12,661 nucleotides of DNA from Candidatus Altiarchaeota archaeon (GTDB taxonomy: Archaea; Altiarchaeota; Altiarchaeia; IMC4; QMZM01), in the NCBI GenBank assembly GCA_016931955.1, contig JAFGDV010000018.1:1-12661 (forward strand). Reading direction: 5' to 3'. The first letter of the stretch is position 1; the number at the start of each line of letters is the position of its first letter. The notes beneath the pieces are model-generated. The model searched no databases, was not told the origin of the DNA, and worked only from the letters and a program-made list of their open reading frames with translations. Both the position numbers and the translations under genes were made by a program. Of the stretch, positions 7,075-12,661 are shown piece by piece.

Positions 7075-7299
7075 TCATACAGGTGAGGGTATTACATCAC
7101 ATCCCTCCTTTAGGGCTTCCCTCACCGCTCGATATACGAAGATTGGCGTGAAATCGGTTATCCTCGCATTGCTTTCCTCGTTTTCTCTTTGGTTCATGTA
7201 TAGACCCAGTATTTCGTCTCTATTGTTTTCACCGAATTCATCTATCAGCCTGTCTATGTTTGCCCTGTGTGCGCTTTCGATAACGTTTAATTCAGCCAT
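7075..7299 (-). CDS. Small helical protein (74 aa), DUF3562/three-helix-bundle-like
   Basis: MAELNVIESAHRANIDRLIDEFGENNRDEILGLYMNQRENEESNARITDFTPIFVYRAVREALKEGCDVIPSPV. The ARITDFxPxxVxRxVRExL motif resembles DUF3562-type three-helix bundles. A BRE/TATA (AAAACCTTATAT on the - strand) lies about 23-35 nt upstream. The ORF track's 200-aa version extends into the antisense of the regulator. Confidence 0.75.
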   Translation of the reverse strand: MAELNVIESAHRANIDRLIDEFGENNRDEILGLYMNQRENEESNARITDFTPIFVYRAVREALKEGCDVIPSPV

Positions 7300-7302
7300 G
7301 GA

Positions 7303-7325
7303 ATATTCTCTGAATACGAGAATAT
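7303..7325. promoter_or_regulatory. Inverted repeat ATATTCTC-N7-GAGAATAT over the small gene's promoter
   Basis: Perfect 8-bp arms at 7303-7310 and 7318-7325, lying between and partly over the TATA box and the start codon at 7299. Confidence 0.45.
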
Positions 7326-7334
7326 AAGGTTTTA

Positions 7335-7370
7335 TAAATAGACTATATAGATTATATAATTTATCTATGT
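7335..7370. promoter_or_regulatory. 9-bp-period tandem AT-rich repeat array (candidate Pho box)
   Basis: TAAATAGAC/TATATAGAT/TATATAATT/TATCTATGT, lying between the two divergent TATA boxes. Confidence 0.55.
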
Positions 7371-7383
7371 ATATTCCTTTAAT

Positions 7384-7397
7384 AACAAAATATATAG
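7384..7397 (+). promoter_or_regulatory. BRE/TATA of the AbrB-PhoU regulator gene
   Basis: AACAAAA-TATATAG with TATA at 7391-7396, about 25 nt upstream of ATG 7419 (leaderless-type spacing). Confidence 0.5.
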
Positions 7398-7418
7398 ATT
7401 TTATCTGAAGCAAAAAAA

Positions 7419-8333
7419 ATGGACTACCGGAAGATACAACTAACAGGGGAATCAACCTATATAATCTCCCTCCCAAAGAAGTGGGTTGAGAGAAACGAAC
7501 TAGATAGAGGAGACGTATTGGCCATCGTGGATAGGGGAGACGACCTTGTTTTAAAGGTGAAAGAAGAGAAAGAGACAGAATCAACGATAAGCATCGAAAA
7601 GAAGAGCCTTGAACTGGTCTCCCGGATGCTGATAACAAAATACATCCAAGGCTTCGACACCGTAACAATAACCTCAAAAGACTACATACCGTTAGAGATA
7701 AAAAAGGGTTTAAAAGATATTTCTGCGCTTCTCATCGGCATGGAGGAATTCGGGGAGACCTCAAACGAGATCGTCTTCAGGATGCTCATGAGAGAGAAGG
7801 GCAACGTCGAAGACACCGTGCTCAGGATGCACAGGATGTCCCTTTCTTCCCTGAAGGAACTCCTGGACAATATAAGCGAGGGAGACTACAACGAACACGT
7901 CCTTCAGAGCATAATACAACGGGACAACGAGATAGATAAATTCTATTTCCTCGTATTGAGGCAGCTTTCCTCGCTCAGCAGCTATGACGCCGTTATGTGG
8001 GGAAACGTAGCCAAAAAAATCGAGAGACTATCGGACCACATAGAAAACATAGCACGTCTTGTGACTGAAGGCGGTCGGATCAGAGAGGAGCACATAAAAG
8101 AATACAGGAAACTGATAGAGATGTATTCGTCTGTCAGTTTCGCCCTGAAAAACAAGAGCCTGAAGAAGGCTGAGGAGATACTTGAGGTGGTGAAGGATTT
8201 CAGGATCAAGGAGAAGAGGATGGCCGACAGTATCAAGAAAACAGAACCGAAAACGCTTCTAGCCTACGAGAGCCTGAAGAGGATCGGAGAATACACCTCA
8301 GACATCGCAGAGGTTGCTATAAACATGATCTGA
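7419..8333 (+). CDS. Archaeal phosphate uptake regulator: N-terminal AbrB/MazE DNA-binding domain plus PhoU domains
   Basis: RKIQLTGESTYIISLPKKWVERNELDRGD (AbrB-like), then ITKYIQGFD, RDNEIDKFYFLVLRQL, IERLSDHIENIA and SLKRIGEYTSDIAEVAIN. Confidence 0.92.
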   Translation: MDYRKIQLTGESTYIISLPKKWVERNELDRGDVLAIVDRGDDLVLKVKEEKETESTISIEKKSLELVSRMLITKYIQGFDTVTITSKDYIPLEIKKGLKDISALLIGMEEFGETSNEIVFRMLMREKGNVEDTVLRMHRMSLSSLKELLDNISEGDYNEHVLQSIIQRDNEIDKFYFLVLRQLSSLSSYDAVMWGNVAKKIERLSDHIENIARLVTEGGRIREEHIKEYRKLIEMYSSVSFALKNKSLKKAEEILEVVKDFRIKEKRMADSIKKTEPKTLLAYESLKRIGEYTSDIAEVAINMI

Positions 8334-8382
8334 TAGAGAAACTATATAGAGTATATATCTTATGTTCAGACTATATTTATAG
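8334..8382 (+). promoter_or_regulatory. pstS2 promoter: 9-bp repeat array followed by TATA box
   Basis: TAGAGAAAC/TATATAGAG/TATATATCT/TATGTTCAG (8334-8369), then TATATTTATA (8372-8381) about 30 nt upstream of ATG 8410. Confidence 0.55.
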
Positions 8383-8409
8383 CCCCAACAACAACATAAA
8401 ATCAAAAAA

Positions 8410-9255
8410 ATGGAAACAAAAAGGTTACCAAAACTTGGGGCTGCGGCGATTCTGCTGATAAGCGCAGTAATCCTAACAGGCTGCATGGACGGTGGGGATA
8501 GTGAAGTGGAAAAAAAGACCCTGACCATTGCAGGTTCTACAACGGTTCAGCCGATAAGCATAAAGGCTGCTGAGATATACATGGGAGAGCACCAGAACGT
8601 GGAGATAATCGTCCAAGGAGGCGGCTCTGGAACAGGAATAAAGATGATAGGGGAAGGTTCAATAGACATTGGAGCCACATCAAGGGAACTCAAGGATTCT
8701 GAGAAAGAAGACTACCCAGACCTAGTAATGCACGAGATAGCCGCCGACGGTATCGCTTTGATAGTGCACCCAAGCAATAAAATAGAGGATTTAACGAAAC
8801 AACAGATACAGGACATCTTCTCAGGAAAGATAAAGAACTTCAAGGAAGTAGGCGGGCAAGACAGAGAAATCGTCGTCATCATCAGGGAAGAAGGCTCAGG
8901 TACCAGGTCGACTTTCGAAGAACTGGTGATGAACAAGGGGGAGACACCAAACTCTGAGGATTCATTGCAGAAGCCATCCAATGGCGCAGTTAAGGCAACC
9001 ATATCATTAAAAGAGAACGCCATAGGCTACCTCGGTTTAGGATACATCGACGAAAGCGTGAAAGCCTTGAAGGTTGAAGAAGTGACCCCATCAGCTGAGA
9101 CTGTAATGGACGGATCCTACCCACTGTCAAGGAAAATCTACCTGATAACAAAAGGAGAACCTAAGGACGCAATAAAAGACTTCATAGATTTCATAATGTC
9201 TGAAAGGGGACAGGGTATAGTAGAAGAAGAGGGATTCATAAGAGTTGATAGGTAA
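8410..9255 (+). CDS. pstS: Phosphate ABC transporter substrate-binding lipoprotein (copy 2)
   Basis: Lipobox LTGC, with GSTTVQP, GGGSGTG, IAADGIALIVHP, REEGSGTRSTF and YPLSRKIY. Confidence 0.95.
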   Translation: METKRLPKLGAAAILLISAVILTGCMDGGDSEVEKKTLTIAGSTTVQPISIKAAEIYMGEHQNVEIIVQGGGSGTGIKMIGEGSIDIGATSRELKDSEKEDYPDLVMHEIAADGIALIVHPSNKIEDLTKQQIQDIFSGKIKNFKEVGGQDREIVVIIREEGSGTRSTFEELVMNKGETPNSEDSLQKPSNGAVKATISLKENAIGYLGLGYIDESVKALKVEEVTPSAETVMDGSYPLSRKIYLITKGEPKDAIKDFIDFIMSERGQGIVEEEGFIRVDR

Positions 9256-10126
9256 GAAACAATTTAACGCTGAGGCAATAGCAAAGAGGACTCTTTTCCT
9301 GTTCGCGATAACAGGAGCCCTCATCCTATTCCTTATCGTGGTCTTCATCTTCAAGGAAGGACTGCCAATATTCAATCAGATAAATCCTGTAGATTTCATG
9401 CTCGGCGGCGAATGGAGCCCCAGCAAAGACGTATACGGAGCTCTGCCCTTCATCGCAGCAACCATCCTCATAACAGCCGGCGCCTTGATGATCGCAGTAC
9501 CGCTTGGCATATCATGCTCCGTGTTTCTCGCAGAGATCGCACCAAAATGGGCGAGGGAGCTGGTCAGACCGGCAATAGAGCTCCTCGCAGGGATACCCTC
9601 AATAGTTTATGGCTTGTTCGCCTTGGTCGTCATAGTAAACACCATAGAGGTCTCATTCGATGTGCCAACTGGTGAAAGCATACTCGCAGGTTCCCTGATA
9701 CTGGCGATAATGATCCTCCCCATAATAATAAGCATATCGCAGGATTCGATAGAAGCGGTTCCAAGAGCATACAAGGAAGGCTCCTATGCCATGGGTGCAA
9801 CAGACACCCAGACCATCACAAGGATAGTGATACCGACAGCAACTCCCGGAATAGTCGCAGGCATAATTCTGGGAATGGGCAGAGCCATAGGGGAAACCAT
9901 GGCAGTAGTCCTCGTCCTGGGGAACGTGGAAAAGATCCCAACAAACCTGCTGGACCAAGGGGAAGCCCTTACCTCGGTCATCCTGTTGGAGATGGGAGAA
10001 GCCGCCGTGGGAAGCCCCCACTACAATGCCCTCTTCGCCCTCAGCATGATACTCTTCATGATAGTGTTCTCATTAAGCTCCATATCAAACCATATCATAG
10101 CAAAGAGGGGGTTAAGGCCAGGATGA
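9245..10126 (+). CDS. pstC: Phosphate ABC transporter permease PstC (copy 2)
   Basis: ELLAGIPSIVYG, KEGSYAMGAT and GRAIGETMAV. TTG start overlaps the pstS2 stop. Confidence 0.93.
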   Translation: MIGKKQFNAEAIAKRTLFLFAITGALILFLIVVFIFKEGLPIFNQINPVDFMLGGEWSPSKDVYGALPFIAATILITAGALMIAVPLGISCSVFLAEIAPKWARELVRPAIELLAGIPSIVYGLFALVVIVNTIEVSFDVPTGESILAGSLILAIMILPIIISISQDSIEAVPRAYKEGSYAMGATDTQTITRIVIPTATPGIVAGIILGMGRAIGETMAVVLVLGNVEKIPTNLLDQGEALTSVILLEMGEAAVGSPHYNALFALSMILFMIVFSLSSISNHIIAKRGLRPG

Positions 10127-10968
10127 TAACAGCAAACACCGCAGACAGGCTTCTTAAGATACTGCTATGGGCTTCAGCCTTCGCCATAATACTGGTACTG
10201 TTTTCCATTATGGGCTATGTATTCCTCATGGGAGCAGGGGTTATGAATCTAGAATTCATCTTCACTACGGCGAAAAACAACTGGAAGGAGGGCGGAATCA
10301 TCACGGCAATAGAGGGAACACTCATCGTAGTATCCATAGCCGTTTTATTTGCCGCCCCCATCGGAATAGGTGCAGCCATATATCTCGCAGAATTCACACG
10401 CGAAGGAAAGACCACGAAGATCATAAGGCTTGCCGCTGATTCATTGAACGCGATACCTTCGATAGTTTTCGGCCTCTTCGGCCTGACGCTGTTTATACAT
10501 TACCTGAAGGATTACACTGGTGGGGCTTCCCTCCTCTCAGCAGGCCTGACCCTCAGCTTCATGATCCTGCCAACAATAATGAGAACCTCCGAAGTCTCCA
10601 TAAGAACAGTCCCACTCCAGGAGAAGATGGGAAGCTACGCCTTGGGCGCTACAAAGCTGCAGACAGTAAAGAATATAGTCATACCAGGAGCGCTTCCAGG
10701 AATATTCACGGGCATAATCCTCAGCCTGGGGAGGGCTGCAGGAGAAACCGCCCCCATCGTATTCATGACAGCATTGAACCCGATAACCCCGTCTTCGATA
10801 TTCCGAGGAGGTAATGCTTTAACAACAACCCTCTACTATCTCACATCCGAGGGAATATCGATCAATAGAGCATTCGGCATAGCCCTCACTTTAATACTCA
10901 TAGTGTTAACGCTCAACTACTCGGCAAGATTCGTCAACAACTACCTTACAAGGAACCAGAGGAGATGA
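10123..10968 (+). CDS. pstA: Phosphate ABC transporter permease PstA (copy 2)
   Basis: [23 protein letters not shown] and [13 protein letters not shown] overlap with pstC2. Confidence 0.95.
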   Translation: MITANTADRLLKILLWASAFAIILVLFSIMGYVFLMGAGVMNLEFIFTTAKNNWKEGGIITAIEGTLIVVSIAVLFAAPIGIGAAIYLAEFTREGKTTKIIRLAADSLNAIPSIVFGLFGLTLFIHYLKDYTGGASLLSAGLTLSFMILPTIMRTSEVSIRTVPLQEKMGSYALGATKLQTVKNIVIPGALPGIFTGIILSLGRAAGETAPIVFMTALNPITPSSIFRGGNALTTTLYYLTSEGISINRAFGIALTLILIVLTLNYSARFVNNYLTRNQRR

Positions 10969-11723
10969 GTATGGAGAAGATAATCGTCAGAGAACTTAAC
11001 CTATGGTACGGAGAAAAACAGGCATTGGAGGACGTGAACATGCAGATCAGAGAGAACAGAGTAACGGCTTTGATAGGACCCTCAGGCTGCGGGAAATCCA
11101 CCTTCATCAGATGCCTGAACAGGATGAACGACAGGATTGAAGGAGTACGGATAACTGGAAAAGTAGAGATAGACGGAAAAAACATCTACGACAAGGATGT
11201 AGACGTCGTCGCTCTGAGAAAGAGGATCGGGATGCTATTCCAGAAGCCGAACCCGTTCCCGATGAGCATCTACGACAACGTAGCCTACGGGCCGAGGATA
11301 CACGGCACCGGAGACAAAAAAAAGCTAAGAGAAATCGTGGAAGACGGCATTAGAGGAGCTGCGCTCTGGGATGAAGTATCAGACAGACTGGAAACGAACG
11401 CGTTAGACCTCTCAGGTGGACAACAACAGAGACTATGCATTGCAAGAACACTAGCAGTAAAACCAGAGATCATACTATTCGATGAACCATGCTCTGCCTT
11501 GGACCCTATAGCTACTGGAAAGATTGAGGAACTAATACACGACTTAAAGAGGGAATACACAATAGTAATAGTAACACACAACATGCAACAAGCAGCAAGG
11601 GTGTCAGACTACACAGGATACTTCCTCTTAGGAGAGATGATAGAATTCGGAAAAACAAAAAAACTATTCGAAAATCCACACAAGAAGGAAACAGAAGACT
11701 ACATAACCGGAAGATTCGGATAA
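10965..11723 (+). CDS. pstB: Phosphate ABC transporter ATPase PstB (copy 2)
   Basis: All ABC ATPase motifs intact, terminal YITGRFG, ATGA overlap with pstA2. Confidence 0.98.
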   Translation: MSMEKIIVRELNLWYGEKQALEDVNMQIRENRVTALIGPSGCGKSTFIRCLNRMNDRIEGVRITGKVEIDGKNIYDKDVDVVALRKRIGMLFQKPNPFPMSIYDNVAYGPRIHGTGDKKKLREIVEDGIRGAALWDEVSDRLETNALDLSGGQQQRLCIARTLAVKPEIILFDEPCSALDPIATGKIEELIHDLKREYTIVIVTHNMQQAARVSDYTGYFLLGEMIEFGKTKKLFENPHKKETEDYITGRFG

Positions 11724-11744
11724 AAAAAAAGGGGTGGAAAAAAA

Positions 11745-12389
11745 ATGCCGAGAAAAGCACTCGACAGAGAGATGGAAAAGGTAAAGAGAGACATCATGGA
11801 GATGACTGAATTAGTGAGTAAGGCGGTCTTGAAGGCAATAGCTGCGTTAGAGAAAAACGACAGAGACCTCGCGAGGAAGGTCGGCATAGAGGACGACCTA
11901 ATCAATGAATACGAGACCCAGATAAAGAAGAGGAGCATTCAGACGATAGCCTTACAGCAGCCGGTTGCCAAGGATTTAAGGATTATAAGCGTATCAATGG
12001 ATGTGGCATACAACCTTGAAAGGATCGGGGACTTCGCCAGGGACATAGCGATGAGCCTAGAGTACATAGACGATGGATATGTCATATTGGAAGAGATCAC
12101 TAAGATGGGCAAACTTGGAGCGCAGATGGTCAGGGATGCTGGAGACGCCTTCGTAAACGAGAGAAAAGAAAAAATCGACACCATAATGCAGATGGAGGAT
12201 GAAGTAGACAAGATCTATAAGTCGGTCTTCCCCATACTCAAGAAAAGCGTTGAAGGGGGTGAAGGAAAATGCTCGAACGCGTTAAATCTCATACTCATCT
12301 CAAAGTTCCTTGAGAGGATAGCGGACCACTCAGTGAACATAACAAACAGGGCAATGTATGAGATATACGGTAAAGAAGAATACCTGTAA
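11745..12389 (+). CDS. phoU: Phosphate signaling complex protein PhoU (copy 2)
   Basis: IALQQPVAKDLR, NLERIGDFA and FLERIADHSVNI. Same length (214 aa) as copy 1. Confidence 0.95.
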   Translation: MPRKALDREMEKVKRDIMEMTELVSKAVLKAIAALEKNDRDLARKVGIEDDLINEYETQIKKRSIQTIALQQPVAKDLRIISVSMDVAYNLERIGDFARDIAMSLEYIDDGYVILEEITKMGKLGAQMVRDAGDAFVNERKEKIDTIMQMEDEVDKIYKSVFPILKKSVEGGEGKCSNALNLILISKFLERIADHSVNITNRAMYEIYGKEEYL

Positions 12390-12661
12390 TCAACGAGGAG
12401 GTCTGCCGAAGGTGCGTCTACCGTATTCTTGGACCTTTCTGGCTGAGAGATAAGCCAAGCTCTTGGCTACGTCCCGCGTAGTTATGATTCCGATGATTTT
12501 ACCCTCTTCCACAACAGGGAGCCTACGGATATCATGCTCATTGAACATCTCACTTGCAGCATATACGTCTTTCCCAGAGTCTATGGTGTAAGCGCACTCG
12601 CTCATTATCTGCGAGATAGTGGTAACCTTCGGATCATAACCTACGGCCACAATCTTCTTAA
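12390..12661 (-). CDS. CBS domain-containing protein (5' partial, runs off window end)
   Basis: ISQIMS...YTID...AASEMFNEHDIRRLPVVEEGKIIGIITTRDV is a classic CBS repeat. The frame stays open (KKIVAVG) to the window edge. Confidence 0.9.
   Translation of the reverse strand, partial: KKIVAVGYDPKVTTISQIMSECAYTIDSGKDVYAASEMFNEHDIRRLPVVEEGKIIGIITTRDVAKSLAYLSARKVQEYGRRTFGRPPR

Noticed and set aside
7300-7677. 200-aa version of the minus-strand ORF
   Set aside because: The first 126 codons run through the AT-rich promoter and the antisense of the regulator gene. The real start is most likely ATG 7299.
3141-12211. Paired antisense and alternate-frame ORFs repeated in both operons (e.g. 3141-3578/8712-9023, 5885-6184/11285-11584)
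   Set aside because: These are shadow ORFs produced by codon bias of the pst genes. They recur only because the sense genes are duplicated.
1-12661. CRISPR array, rRNA, tRNA, transposase or integrase
   Set aside because: No regularly spaced repeat-spacer units, RNA gene signatures or DDE/tyrosine recombinase motifs were seen.

Overview
Archaeal-looking chromosomal window (GHMP-type shikimate kinase homolog, AbrB-PhoU regulator, BRE/TATA promoters, GGTGA/GGAGG ribosome-binding sites). It is dominated by two tandem, complete phosphate ABC transporter operons (pstS-C-A-B-phoU at 3031-7072 and 8410-12389). They flank a divergent pair: a 74-aa three-helix-bundle-like protein and an AbrB-PhoU regulator. 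The left end carries an unannotated 115-bp TA-flanked, highly structured inverted-repeat element (MITE-like) inserted in frame into a CDS. It is followed by a hidden 43-aa ORF coupled to a DUF6036-like nucleotidyltransferase, a shikimate-kinase homolog with degenerate catalytic motifs, and a TIGR01212/YhcC radical SAM gene. The right end is a partial CBS-domain gene. Most notable: the MITE-like element, a 9-bp-period TATATAGA repeat array (candidate archaeal Pho box) in front of the regulator and pstS2 but not pstS1, the standalone small protein sharing that regulatory region, and the probable GHMP pseudokinase.
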